DNA of 64,000 bases from Deltaproteobacteria bacterium (GTDB taxonomy: Bacteria; Myxococcota_A; Polyangia; JAAYKL01), in the NCBI GenBank assembly GCA_028713995.1, contig JAQTNF010000001.1, positions 39,981 through 103,980 on the forward strand, in the 5' to 3' direction. A program made the position numbers and the translations under genes. The number at the start of each line of letters is the position of its first letter. Position 1 is the stretch's first letter. This document shows, piece after piece, positions 7,627 through 17,156 of this stretch. The notes under the pieces are model-generated. The model saw only the letters and a list, made by a program, of their open reading frames with translations. It ran no database searches and was not told the DNA's origin.

Positions 7627-8418
7627 ATGATGAACAAGATGCTCCTCGTATCTTTCGCAACGGCGGCCTGCGCCTCGCTCGCGGCGAGCGCCCGGGCCGC
7701 GGACGGCGGCATCGACGCGGGCGACACGGACGCCGGCCCGGTGTCCGACGATCCCTGCTATCTCGACAACGGGAACGAGACGGACGTGGGCTCGCTGTTC
7801 GGGTGCAACGGCCCGCCGCCCGGACCCGCGCAGTCCCCCGTCTCGATCGGCGCCGAGTGCGCCTTCGACTCGCTCGACGACGTGACCTACGGCAACTGCC
7901 CGGCGGGGCTCTCGGTCTGCTACCCGTACGCGGAGTGGTACGGCGGCGTGGACGGTGAGGACAACCAGTGCGGCATCTGCCTCGCGCGCTGCACCGACTT
8001 CTCCGACTGCCCGGACGGCGAGTCGCGGACCTGCGACGGCGACACGGACTGTGCGTCCGGCAACTGCAACGACGTCACGATGACGTGCGATTTTGAGTAC
8101 GACTTCTGCTCATCGGACTGCCCCGGGGGCATGCGCTGCTGGGCATACGGCGGCGGATACGGCCTGTGCATGATCGACTGCGCGGACGACTCGGATTGCG
8201 CCACCTCCGTATGCGATCCGATCTGGAAGACGTGCGTCCCGCGCACCGCGGTGTGCGGAGTCGACGACACCGACACCGGGACCGGCGGAGGCGACACGGA
8301 TACGGGCGTCGGCACCGACCAGGACGGCGGGACCCCGGCGAAGAACAAGGGAGGCTGCTCGTGCGACGCGGCCGGCTCCAAGGCCGCACCCGGGTTCTTC
8401 GCCCTCCTCCTGCGCTGA
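7627..8418 (+). CDS. Cys-rich secreted protein with a MYXO-CTERM-like C-terminus
   Basis: RBS AAGGAG. Signal peptide 'MMNKMLLVSFATAACASLAASARA'. Many paired Cys (TCDGDTDCASGNCND...). C-terminal 'GGCSCDAAGSKAAPGFFALLLR' matches the Cys-Gly-Cys / hydrophobic / Arg MYXO-CTERM pattern. Confidence 0.6.
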   Translation: MMNKMLLVSFATAACASLAASARAADGGIDAGDTDAGPVSDDPCYLDNGNETDVGSLFGCNGPPPGPAQSPVSIGAECAFDSLDDVTYGNCPAGLSVCYPYAEWYGGVDGEDNQCGICLARCTDFSDCPDGESRTCDGDTDCASGNCNDVTMTCDFEYDFCSSDCPGGMRCWAYGGGYGLCMIDCADDSDCATSVCDPIWKTCVPRTAVCGVDDTDTGTGGGDTDTGVGTDQDGGTPAKNKGGCSCDAAGSKAAPGFFALLLR

Positions 8419-9030
8419 TCAGATCCCCAAGATATCCGTGGCCAGATGCGCGACCCGATCGTGCCGGATGCGCTCGGCCAGGAGCACGGCCCGCAGCCTC
8501 CCGTAGGCCGCGGAGAGGTCGTCGTTCACGAGCAGGTAGTCGAAGAGCCCGTGCTGCGCGATCTCGGCCTGCGCGGCCTCGAAGCGCCGCACGAGCGACT
8601 CGGGCGACTCGGTGCCCCGCGAGCGCAGCCGGCGCTTGAGCTCGTCGAGCGACGGCGGGAGCACGAACACGGTCACGGCGCCCGGATGCCGGGCCTTGAT
8701 CTGGCGGGCTCCCTGGAAGTCCACGTCGAAGACCAGGTCCTTGCCCTCGCGGGCCGCGGCGTCCACCTCGGCGCTCGCCGTGCCGTAACGGTTTCCGTGG
8801 ACAAAGGCCCACTCGAGGAACATGTCGGCCGCGACCATCCGCTCGAACTCGGCCTCGTCCACGAAGCGGTAGTCCCGGCCGTCCACCTCTGTGGCCCGCG
8901 GCTTGCGCGTGGTGTGCGACACGGAGAAGCGCAGATCGCCGAACTCGGCCAGAAGGCGCCGGCACAAGGTCGTCTTGCCCGCGCCGGACGGCGAGGAGAC
9001 GATGAACAGGAGAGGGGTCGGTTTCGTCAT
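8419..9030 (-). CDS. gmk: guanylate kinase
   Basis: P-loop 'SSPSGAGKTTL'. Guanylate-kinase motifs 'SVSHTTRKPR' and 'EVDGRDYRFV'. 203 aa. Confidence 0.9.
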   Translation of the reverse strand: MTKPTPLLFIVSSPSGAGKTTLCRRLLAEFGDLRFSVSHTTRKPRATEVDGRDYRFVDEAEFERMVAADMFLEWAFVHGNRYGTASAEVDAAAREGKDLVFDVDFQGARQIKARHPGAVTVFVLPPSLDELKRRLRSRGTESPESLVRRFEAAQAEIAQHGLFDYLLVNDDLSAAYGRLRAVLLAERIRHDRVAHLATDILGI

Positions 9031-9033
9031 CGG

Positions 9034-9906
9034 TCACTCCACGTTCTGCGTGAGCTCGCGCACCTTCTCGATTTCCGACTTCAAGTCGACGATGACGTGG
9101 CACGCCTCGGCCTTGCCTGTCTTGGCCCCGGCCGTGCCCGCCTCGCGCGTCATCTCCTGCAACAGGAACTCCATGCGCCTGCCCACGGGCCCCGAAGCGT
9201 CACACGCCGCCGCCAGCTGGTCGCAGTGCGACACGAGACGCGCGAGCTCCTCCGAGATGTCCGAGCGGCTCGCGAGCAGCGCCGCCTCGGCCTCGAGCCG
9301 CCTGCCGTCGAGCCCCTGCTCGACCGTGGCGACGAGCGCGCGCAGGCGCTCCTTGAGCCTCTCGAACGCCGCCTGCGCCGAGTCCGCCGCGCTCGCCGAG
9401 AGGGTCTCCACGCACCTGCGCATGGCGTCAACGCCCGCCCGGATCTGCCGGCGCATGGCCTCGCCCTCGGATGCGCGCATCGCCAGGAGGTCTTGCGCCG
9501 CGATCTCGAACGCGGCCGCGACCGCCGCCTCGATCTCCTCGCGGTTCGAGCCGCCCAAGGATCGAAACAGATCCGGCGCGCCTGCAAGGACCGGGACCAG
9601 ATCCGCGAGCACGAGCCCCGAGTCGCCGGCCACCGCCACGAGCGTCTCGAGGTGGGAGCGCAGCGCCTTCGCGTCGATGGAAGCCGCGTTGCCGAGCGGC
9701 CCCTCGTACGACAGGGTCGCGGTGCAGTACCCGCGCGACAGCCGCTCTCGCACGAGCCTGTCGACCAGCGCCTCGCAGCCCGCCATCCCGCCGGGCGCAT
9801 GGCTGCGCACCTCGAGGAAGCGATGGTTCACCGTGCGCAACTCGACGACGACCCGACCCTCGCCGAGCGGCGCGTCTCCCCTGCCGAAGCCGGTCATGCT
9901 CTGCAT
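9034..9906 (-). CDS. yicC: YicC family stress-induced protein (YicC N-terminal domain plus DUF1732)
   Basis: N-terminus 'MQSMTGFGRGDAPLGEGRVVVELRTVNHRFLEV' is the conserved YicC start. 290 aa. Sits 3 nt upstream of gmk, the usual gmk-yicC neighbourhood. Confidence 0.85.
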   Translation of the reverse strand: MQSMTGFGRGDAPLGEGRVVVELRTVNHRFLEVRSHAPGGMAGCEALVDRLVRERLSRGYCTATLSYEGPLGNAASIDAKALRSHLETLVAVAGDSGLVLADLVPVLAGAPDLFRSLGGSNREEIEAAVAAAFEIAAQDLLAMRASEGEAMRRQIRAGVDAMRRCVETLSASAADSAQAAFERLKERLRALVATVEQGLDGRRLEAEAALLASRSDISEELARLVSHCDQLAAACDASGPVGRRMEFLLQEMTREAGTAGAKTGKAEACHVIVDLKSEIEKVRELTQNVE

Positions 9907-9957
9907 GCCTAAGGGACTTGCCTCGACACGAAAGCCCCTGTCAAGGCCGGATACGGT

Positions 9958-10263
9958 TCATTTGAACAGCTTCTTGAGCTTCTCCCTGGCCGACACCACG
10001 TCCGGGGCCTCGGCGGCGCCGTTCTTATAGGTGAAGTTCGTGCAATAGTTCGTGCGCTCCCGTTCCGGGACGTACTCGGTGATGTGCTCCCGGCACTGGT
10101 TGTGCGATCCCGGATCCCAGTACTCGCAGTTCCTGCAGCAGTGCATGTCCTGCCCGCAGTGCGGACACGAGTCCGTGCGCTGCATCTTCACACGGTCGAA
10201 ATCGATTTCATTCGCGCACTTGAAACAGAAGTAGTGCTTCTCTTCCACTTTCGGTATGTACAT
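9958..10263 (-). CDS. small Cys-rich zinc-ribbon protein
   Basis: RBS TAAGGAG 8 nt before the ATG. 'CFKCANE...CPHCGQDMHCCRNCEYWDP...C' gives at least 8 Cys in CxxC pairs. Lower GC than the surroundings. Confidence 0.6.
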   Translation of the reverse strand: MYIPKVEEKHYFCFKCANEIDFDRVKMQRTDSCPHCGQDMHCCRNCEYWDPGSHNQCREHITEYVPERERTNYCTNFTYKNGAAEAPDVVSAREKLKKLFK

Positions 10264-10323
10264 TTGGGTTCTCCTTAGGCTCGCTGCGCCTCCCTCGGCG
10301 CAGGCTGCGGCCTTGAGGTTCAC

Positions 10324-11547
10324 ATGCCGAGGATACCAGGATCGGCGATGCAGGCAAGACGGACCGGCCGGGCATGGATGGTCGTCGCGCTGGCGCTCGC
10401 CTCCTCGTGCATGCCGGAAAGCGACAGGGGCGGCCCGCCACCCCTCGAAGTGGATCCTTCGTCCGCGCTGCAGGGCGCCTCGCTCGTCGTCACCTTGAGC
10501 GCCGAGGGAGTCGCGCTCGAGGAGTGCGCCGGCCTCGCACCATCATCGCTCGCGTTCCGCAACCCGGAGGGGATCAGCCAAGTGACGGTCTACACGCTCG
10601 ACCCGATCGAGGGGAGCGCCCTGCGCGCCCAGATCGCGGTCGCCGAGGACGCCGAGCCGGGCGAGCACGAGGTGAGCCTCTCGTGCGACCCGGCCACCAC
10701 GCTCAAGGGCGTCCTACGCGTCAGGGAGAGGACCGGGGAACCGGCGCTCTCGTTCGATCCCGCGGGGGGGCCGGCCGGCGCCGTGGCCCTCGGGATCGAC
10801 GTGCACGCACCCGGAGCGGGCTTCGTCGACGGGAAGAGCCAGATCATCTTCGGCGACGGGACTTCGGTCGCCATCGTCGAACAGATCGTGGTCGGCCGCG
10901 AGGATATCCATGTGGTCGTGGACGTCTCGGCCCTGACCCCGGTCGGGGATCTGCCCGTGGCCGTCATCACGGGCGGCGAGGTCGCGCGCGGCACGTTCGC
11001 GATCACGGATCGAATCTGGCCGAGCATTGAGGTGGATCCGGCCGAGGCCGAACGCGGCAGCCTGGACACGCCAGCCCAGGCGTCCCTCACCATCGACGGC
11101 ACGAACATGCGCTTCGTCGAACCGGCCCCGGATGCCGGCGCGGACGATCCGGATGCAACGCGCGTCACGTTCCCCCACAACCCGGGCATCTCGGTGACCG
11201 CCGTGGACGTGGCGAGCCCCACGCGTCTCCTCGTCAACATCCTCTTGAACCACATCGCCGATCTCGGGCCGACCACGTTGCGCGTGTCCACGGGCGATCA
11301 GTTCGCCGAGACCGACTTCACCGTGCTGCCGCAGGCCGGCACGGCCACCTTGACCCTGTCGCCCCGCTCGCTGCCCCGGGGAGCGCAGAACACGCTGGTC
11401 CTGGCCGAGGCCACCAACTTCGATTTCGTAGAGCCCGCCGCGGTCGCGTTCGAGAAGCCGGGCTGCCAGGTCGTGTCGAGCCAGATCCTCACCGACAAGG
11501 CCATCGCCCTGTACGTTTCGATCGACCCGGGTTTCGAGGGCGCCTAG
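10324..11547 (+). CDS. lipoprotein; N-terminal segment of a large secreted repeat protein, ending at an in-frame TAG
   Basis: Lipobox 'VVALALASSC'. Repetitive beta-rich Ig-like segments. Same reading frame as the next ORF, separated only by TAG-AAC. Confidence 0.55.
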   Translation: MPRIPGSAMQARRTGRAWMVVALALASSCMPESDRGGPPPLEVDPSSALQGASLVVTLSAEGVALEECAGLAPSSLAFRNPEGISQVTVYTLDPIEGSALRAQIAVAEDAEPGEHEVSLSCDPATTLKGVLRVRERTGEPALSFDPAGGPAGAVALGIDVHAPGAGFVDGKSQIIFGDGTSVAIVEQIVVGREDIHVVVDVSALTPVGDLPVAVITGGEVARGTFAITDRIWPSIEVDPAEAERGSLDTPAQASLTIDGTNMRFVEPAPDAGADDPDATRVTFPHNPGISVTAVDVASPTRLLVNILLNHIADLGPTTLRVSTGDQFAETDFTVLPQAGTATLTLSPRSLPRGAQNTLVLAEATNFDFVEPAAVAFEKPGCQVVSSQILTDKAIALYVSIDPGFEGA

Positions 11548-11550
11548 AAC

Positions 11551-13848
11551 GTGATCGACGTCACATCGGGCGGCAAGTCGGTCTCGTCCTACCTGGGCGT
11601 CACGGCGGACGGCGGCTTGCGCCTCGCGAGCCCGGTGCCGGCAACGCTGTCGCAGGGCGCGGTCGCCGCCGAGGTCGCGCTCGGCGCGTTGGGGGGGACG
11701 CTCGATCCGGGCTCCACCGCCCGGGTCCTCGCCCGCTCCGGCATCCGCGTGGCCTCGGCACTCGTGGACGACGGCGGCGGCGCCATCCGGCTCTGGCTCG
11801 ACGTGGCCGACGACGCCCCGGTCGGTCCGGCGTTCGTCGAGGTCTTAAGCGCGGGAACTGCGCTCACGGCCTTCCTCTCGATCGAGGCGAGCGGGCCTTC
11901 CGTGTCCGTGCACCCGTCGGTCCTCCTGCCCGGCCGGCGCACGGCCGAGTTCCGGATTTCGGCCGCCGGGATGACGCTGTCCAAGGACGTGGGCATCGCC
12001 TTCGACGATCCGGCCATCAGCGTGGTCAAGCTCGCGCCCGACGGCCAGGGCGGTGTGGACGTGACGGTCGCGGTGGGCCCCACGGCCCGATCCGACATGA
12101 CCGTGGCGTACGTCCGGGACGGCGCGAGCAGCGCCGCGGCCACGTTCCGGGTTCTGGCGGCCTCGCGGTCCACGGCGACCGCGATCCCCTTCGAGATCAC
12201 GCGCGGGGGCAGAGCCGCCCACGCGATCTCCGTGTCCGGCCAGGGCACGTCATTCTCCGCGGACGAGACGGTGGCGCGACTCCCGGGCGGGATCGGCGTG
12301 GACGTGACGCGCGTCGAGGTGCTCGACGCCACGACCCTCCATCTGGACCTCTCCGTGGACGAGGACGGGCCCGGAGGCTGGACCGGCATCCTCTTGAGGA
12401 CCGGCGAGGAGTCGGTGGTGGTTCCGCTGCACATCGCCGCGGGTGATGAGTCCCTGACCATGACGGTCACGCCGTCGAGCCTCCCACCCGGGACCAGGGA
12501 CGCGGTCTTGGACATCACCACTCCCGCCGCGGTGTCGCTCGAGACGTCGATGTCGAAAACGAGCACCGGCACGGCCGGCGCCTATGCGACGCTCACGCAG
12601 GTGAAAGGCGCGAACCAGGCACGCGCGGCGTTCGACATCTCGTTCGGCGCTCAGATCGAGGGCGGCAGGATCCCGATTTTCGTCGCCACCGCCGAGGGCG
12701 CGGCCGTGGGGTTCGTCGAGTCCGAGCCGATCGCGGCCACGCAGCTCACGGAGTTTGCGCCGTGGGAGGGCACTCTCGTCCCCAAAGAAGCGCTCCTGTT
12801 CAGCGTGACCCCCGCCGGCGTGCCATCGTTGATCGAGACGTGCGTGGGCGACCCGTCCCGCACGGACGTGAACCTTGAGCTCCTCGCGTCCGACGGGATC
12901 TCGACCCAGGACTGGACCGGCGCGGGACACGTGTGGCTCCTCGATCCCGGCGATACCCTGTTCGTCGCGCGGCCGTCCGAGGATCCCGGCGACCTGCCTT
13001 CCGCGCTGTCGGTCGCCACACGGACGAGCGGGACCACCGCCATGCCCGAGCCGGATGACCTGCCGGAACAGGCCATGACCCTGCCGGGGAATCCCTGCGA
13101 GCAACCCTTCCTCGGGCTCGCCGCCATCAACGGTGCGCTCGACGTGGACCGGCTCTTAGTGGGCGCCACGACGTGCCCGCTCGTGGTCTCGGCCGTCGCG
13201 CGTTCCCTCGCCGACCGCCCCTGGTCCACCCCGGATCTGTGGATCGAGATCCGCGATTCCACCGACAAGCCCCTGGCGTCGGCCACGGACCAGCCTTCGA
13301 CCCGGGACGCGGATCCGTCCATTCCTCTCGAAGTCTCCTCGGCGAGCCGGCAGATCGTGGTGGGCGCGCAGATGGGCTCGACCGGGCTCTACCTCCTCAA
13401 CGTCCGGCGGGCCGAGATCGTGCGCACGCTCTGCCGCGACGTCGCGCGGCAGTTCATCGAGCTCGAGGTGGGCGCGCAGACGACCGCCTCCTCCCTGTCG
13501 CTCTCGGTCGTCGATCCGTCGGACGGCACCCTCCTCGCCCACCTCGACGTGCCTGCCACGGTCCCGCCCGCGGACGGGATCCTGGTTCTCGGACGCGCCG
13601 CCATGCCCGGGACCGACGTGGCCGCGGACGCGCTCCTCGACGGGCTTCCCGAGTCGGGCCCGTTCGCGGTCGTGCTCTTCGTCGACGGGACCGCCGTGGA
13701 CGCCGTGGAGGCGGGCGGGTCCGGCACCTACGGCGAAGGAGAGCCCTTGCCCGAGACCACGGTGTGCGCCGCGCGCCTCAGCGGGATCGACAGCAACGAC
13801 AACAGCTTCGACTTCCAGGTGGGTTGGGCGGGCGCCCCGGGATTCTGA
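11551..13848 (+). CDS. large secreted repeat protein, downstream segment (GTG start, no signal peptide); probably contiguous with 10324..11547
   Basis: 765-aa ORF in the same frame as the upstream ORF. No signal peptide of its own. Similar repetitive segments (e.g. 'DVTRVEVLDATTLHLDLSVDEDGPGGW'). Confidence 0.5.
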   Translation: MIDVTSGGKSVSSYLGVTADGGLRLASPVPATLSQGAVAAEVALGALGGTLDPGSTARVLARSGIRVASALVDDGGGAIRLWLDVADDAPVGPAFVEVLSAGTALTAFLSIEASGPSVSVHPSVLLPGRRTAEFRISAAGMTLSKDVGIAFDDPAISVVKLAPDGQGGVDVTVAVGPTARSDMTVAYVRDGASSAAATFRVLAASRSTATAIPFEITRGGRAAHAISVSGQGTSFSADETVARLPGGIGVDVTRVEVLDATTLHLDLSVDEDGPGGWTGILLRTGEESVVVPLHIAAGDESLTMTVTPSSLPPGTRDAVLDITTPAAVSLETSMSKTSTGTAGAYATLTQVKGANQARAAFDISFGAQIEGGRIPIFVATAEGAAVGFVESEPIAATQLTEFAPWEGTLVPKEALLFSVTPAGVPSLIETCVGDPSRTDVNLELLASDGISTQDWTGAGHVWLLDPGDTLFVARPSEDPGDLPSALSVATRTSGTTAMPEPDDLPEQAMTLPGNPCEQPFLGLAAINGALDVDRLLVGATTCPLVVSAVARSLADRPWSTPDLWIEIRDSTDKPLASATDQPSTRDADPSIPLEVSSASRQIVVGAQMGSTGLYLLNVRRAEIVRTLCRDVARQFIELEVGAQTTASSLSLSVVDPSDGTLLAHLDVPATVPPADGILVLGRAAMPGTDVAADALLDGLPESGPFAVVLFVDGTAVDAVEAGGSGTYGEGEPLPETTVCAARLSGIDSNDNSFDFQVGWAGAPGF

Positions 13849-14361
13849 CTACTCGAGCCCCTTGCGCTTCTTGACGTTGGCGAGCACCCTGCCGTACTCG
13901 ATCTCCCAGTCGCGCGTCCCCTCGGTGAGGTTCTTGATCTTGTTGCGCACTTCCTCGTCGATCTCTTCCTCGATATCCGTATGGCGCTTGATGACCGTGC
14001 GCATCTTGCGCTTGAGCTCGTGGTCCTCCGAGAAGATCTCCTCCACGAACTGGCTGTGCATGAAGGAGCGGATGATCTGCTCCATGATGTAGTCGGTCGC
14101 CTCGTCGCCCACCACGAAGCCGCGCTGGTCCGAGAGCTGCTTCTTGACCTTCAGGTAGGCCGAGAACGGCAGGCCGCGCTGCTCGCACAGGTCCTTGGCC
14201 TTCTCCGTCAGATCTCGATCCGTCCGCAGGTACTCCTTGAGCACGGCCTCGACGTCCAGCTCCACCTCTGCCGGCGACTCGGTCTCGATATCCTTTTCGC
14301 CGATGAGGACCGAGGCGATCTCCGCCGCGATGATGCCGATTTTCCCGGAAAAGAGTTTCAT
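13849..14361 (-). CDS. DUF507 family protein
   Basis: 170 aa, charged and helical. 'MKLFSGKIGIIAAEIASVLIGEKDIETESP...' matches the conserved DUF507 family of Myxococcota/deltaproteobacteria. Lower GC than neighbours. Confidence 0.7.
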   Translation of the reverse strand: MKLFSGKIGIIAAEIASVLIGEKDIETESPAEVELDVEAVLKEYLRTDRDLTEKAKDLCEQRGLPFSAYLKVKKQLSDQRGFVVGDEATDYIMEQIIRSFMHSQFVEEIFSEDHELKRKMRTVIKRHTDIEEEIDEEVRNKIKNLTEGTRDWEIEYGRVLANVKKRKGLE

Positions 14362-14531
14362 GGGAACCTGCCTGGGCCCCGCGCGGGGCCTCGAAAAAGT
14401 CGCGCCGGAGTATGGACCCGGGATCCCCCCATGTCAATAAAAGCCCTCGAAAAACAGCAGCTTACCGGACCACCGGCTTGACGGGACACAGGTTGTAGCC
14501 TAGTGATTCAATCGACATTGCGGAGAACGCC

Positions 14532-14960
14532 ATGAAACTGTCTACCAGAGGACGTTACGGCTTACGAGCGATGATCGAGCTGGCCAAGCGGCACGGCAGC
14601 GGGCCGGTCCTTACCAATACCATTTCCGAGACCCAGGGCATCTCCACCAAGTACCTGCACGCCCTGCTCAACACGCTGCGGGCCGCGGGGCTCGTGCGCA
14701 GCATCCGCGGCGCCAAGGGCGGATTCGTCCTCGCGCGCGAGCCTTCCGACATCGACATCAAGGAGATCGTGGTTGCGCTCGAAGGATCGCTCGGCATCGT
14801 GGACTGCGTGCAGACGCCGGATCTGTGCGGCAAGAACAAGGACTGCCCGGCCCGTCGCCTGTGGGAAGAGGTCGGCAACGCCATCTCGGCCGTGCTCACG
14901 AAATACACCCTCGAGGATCTCGCCCGCCCGGACGCGTGCGCCGGGAAGCCCGCCCGATGA
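14532..14960 (+). CDS. Rrf2 family transcriptional regulator (IscR/CymR-like)
   Basis: 'MKLSTRGRYGLRAMIELA' Rrf2 wHTH N-terminus. Cys cluster 'CVQTPDLCGKNKDCPARRLWE'. The stop overlaps the cysE ATG (ATGA). Confidence 0.85.
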   Translation: MKLSTRGRYGLRAMIELAKRHGSGPVLTNTISETQGISTKYLHALLNTLRAAGLVRSIRGAKGGFVLAREPSDIDIKEIVVALEGSLGIVDCVQTPDLCGKNKDCPARRLWEEVGNAISAVLTKYTLEDLARPDACAGKPAR

Positions 14961-15877
14961 GCGATCCGGGAAACCTGCGCGTCATCGTTGACGCCCTGTG
15001 CCTGGCGTGCAACGGCGTGGGACGCACGGCGCGCTCGAACCCGGCCATGGAGGCGCTGCCCTCGCGCGACGCCGTCGTGGAGATGGTGCAGCTCCTGCGC
15101 TCCGTGATCTTCCCCGGCTACTTCGGACGCTCCGAGATCTCGCAGCACAACATCTGGTTCCACGTGGGCTCCACCCTCGATCGCGTCATCACCATCGCGC
15201 GCGAGCAGATCCGCAGGGGCCTGTGCTTCTATTGCACCGAGGAGACCAAGGACCGCTGCTCGGATTGCGAGCGCAAGGCCGCGCTCATCACCGACGACTT
15301 CGTCAAGGCCCTGCCGCGCGTCCAGCGCCTCCTCGGCACCGACGCGCGCGCCGCGTACGAGGGCGATCCGGCCGCCACGAGCGCGGACGAGGCCATTTTC
15401 TGCTACCCCGGCGTGCTCGCCCTCACGAGCTACAGGCTGGCCCACGAGCTGCATCTGCTCGGCGTGCCGCTCATCCCGCGCATCATGACCGAGCACGCGC
15501 ACAGCATCACGGGCATCGACATCCACCCCGGCGCCACCATCGGCGAGCGCTTCTTCATCGATCACGGCACGGGCGTGGTGATCGGCGAGACGACCGAGAT
15601 CGGCCGCAACGTGCGGATCTACCAGGGCGTGACCCTGGGCGCGAAGAGCTTCCCGCTCGACGAGAACGGCAGACCCATCAAGGGCATGAGGCGGCACCCG
15701 ATCGTCGAGGACGACGTCATCATTTACTCCGGCGCCACAATCCTCGGGCGAGTCACCATCGGCCGCGGCTCGGTCATCGGCGGCAACGTCTGGCTCACCC
15801 ACGGAGTCGCGCCCGGCAGCCGGCTGGCGCAGGCCGCGGCGAGCGCCGACGAGTTCGCGAGCGGAGAGGGCATCTAG
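14957..15877 (+). CDS. cysE: serine O-acetyltransferase
   Basis: SATase N-terminal helical domain. Left-handed beta-helix hexapeptide repeats 'GIDIHPGATIGERFFIDHGTGVVIGETTEIGRNVRIYQGVTLG'. Confidence 0.85.
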   Translation: MSDPGNLRVIVDALCLACNGVGRTARSNPAMEALPSRDAVVEMVQLLRSVIFPGYFGRSEISQHNIWFHVGSTLDRVITIAREQIRRGLCFYCTEETKDRCSDCERKAALITDDFVKALPRVQRLLGTDARAAYEGDPAATSADEAIFCYPGVLALTSYRLAHELHLLGVPLIPRIMTEHAHSITGIDIHPGATIGERFFIDHGTGVVIGETTEIGRNVRIYQGVTLGAKSFPLDENGRPIKGMRRHPIVEDDVIIYSGATILGRVTIGRGSVIGGNVWLTHGVAPGSRLAQAAASADEFASGEGI

Positions 15878-15887
15878 CCCGACGTCC

Positions 15888-17156
15888 ATGTCCACCCGCG
15901 CGGAGCGCTTCGCCTGGTGCTTGTACGACTTCGCGAACTCGTCCTTCCCCACGGTCATCGTCACCGTGGTGTACGTCATTTACTTCAAGAACGTGGTGGT
16001 GGGAGAGGGGCACGTGGGCCTCTCGGACCGGCTATGGGGCATGGCGAACTCCCTGGCCGCGGCCGTCGTCTTCCTCACCGCCCCATTCCTCGGCGCGGTT
16101 GCCGACGCGGCCGGTCGCAAGCGCGCGTTCCTCGCCGTGTACGCGTTCGCCTGCGTCGTCGCCACGGCGCTCCTCGCGCTCACCGGCCCGGGCACCGTGG
16201 CCTTGGCCGTGACGCTCTTCACCATCGCCTCCATCGGCTTCGAGGGATCGGTGGTGTTCTACAACGCCTTCCTGCCCGAGCTCGTCCCGGCCGACCGCAT
16301 GGAGCGGCTCTCGGGCGCGGGCTGGGCGCTGGGCTACGTGGGCGGCCTCGCTTGCCTGCTCGTGGTCCTGCCCTTCGCCAAGTCCCACACGTCCCTGGTC
16401 CCGCTCGCGGTGGCCGGGTGGTACCTCGTGTTCTCGCTCCCGAGCCTCGCCCTGCTGCGCGATCGTGCGCGCCCCTCGCCGGGATCCCTCGCCCCGTCGG
16501 TCGTGGCCGAAGGCGGACGGCGCTTCCTTTCGACCCTGCGCGGCATCGGGGAGCACAGGAGCCTCTCGCGCTTCCTCACCGCCTACTTCTTCTTCGAGAA
16601 CGCGATCGTCACGGTCATCGTCTTCACCGTGGCATTCACCAAGGACACGCTGGGCTTCACCATCACCGAGAACATCATCCTGGTGGTCGTCATGAACGCC
16701 ATCGCCGCACCCGGGGCCTATGCCTTCGGCCGGGTGGCCGAGCGCATCGGCTGCAAACGCACGCTCGTCGTCACGGTGTGCATGTGGCTCGCCGTAGTGG
16801 CCGGCGCCGAGGTCTCGGCGTGGCCCGGGCTCTTCACCGCCCCGGGCGCCAAGAGCGTCTTCTGGGGCGTGGCGACCCTCGCGTCCCTGTGCATCGGCGC
16901 GAGCCAGGCCACGGCGCGCACGTTCGTTGCGCAGCTCGCACCCGAGGGGCGGTCCGGCGAGTTCTTCGGCTTCATGGCCTTTGCCGGCAAGGGCTCGGCC
17001 ATCCTGGGCCCGATCGTGTTCGGCCTGGCGTCCGACATCTCGGGCAGCCAGCGCGTGGCCGTGGCCACCATCGGCGCGTTCTTCCTCGCGGGCCTCGTCC
17101 TGCTCCTGCGCGTGCCCGCGCCATCATGTTCGTCTGCCGATTGTTCCCCCCAATAA
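15888..17156 (+). CDS. MFS transporter (UMF1/Atg22-like family)
   Basis: 422 aa with about 12 predicted TM segments. 'FAWCLYDFANSSFPTVIVTVVYVIYF' is the characteristic UMF1 N-terminus. Confidence 0.75.
   Translation: MSTRAERFAWCLYDFANSSFPTVIVTVVYVIYFKNVVVGEGHVGLSDRLWGMANSLAAAVVFLTAPFLGAVADAAGRKRAFLAVYAFACVVATALLALTGPGTVALAVTLFTIASIGFEGSVVFYNAFLPELVPADRMERLSGAGWALGYVGGLACLLVVLPFAKSHTSLVPLAVAGWYLVFSLPSLALLRDRARPSPGSLAPSVVAEGGRRFLSTLRGIGEHRSLSRFLTAYFFFENAIVTVIVFTVAFTKDTLGFTITENIILVVVMNAIAAPGAYAFGRVAERIGCKRTLVVTVCMWLAVVAGAEVSAWPGLFTAPGAKSVFWGVATLASLCIGASQATARTFVAQLAPEGRSGEFFGFMAFAGKGSAILGPIVFGLASDISGSQRVAVATIGAFFLAGLVLLLRVPAPSCSSADCSPQ

Noticed and set aside
8075-9912. Long ORFs 8075..9103(-), 8446..9912(+), 8891..10030(+) and 9150..9800(-)
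   Set aside because: They overlap gmk and yicC, which have clear domain signatures, and their own translations are Arg/Pro/Ala-rich artefacts.
14555-15979. 474-aa minus-strand ORF opposite Rrf2/cysE, plus 14998..16212 and 15917..17314
   Set aside because: Antisense or alternate frame to well-supported cysE and the MFS transporter. Composition bias only.
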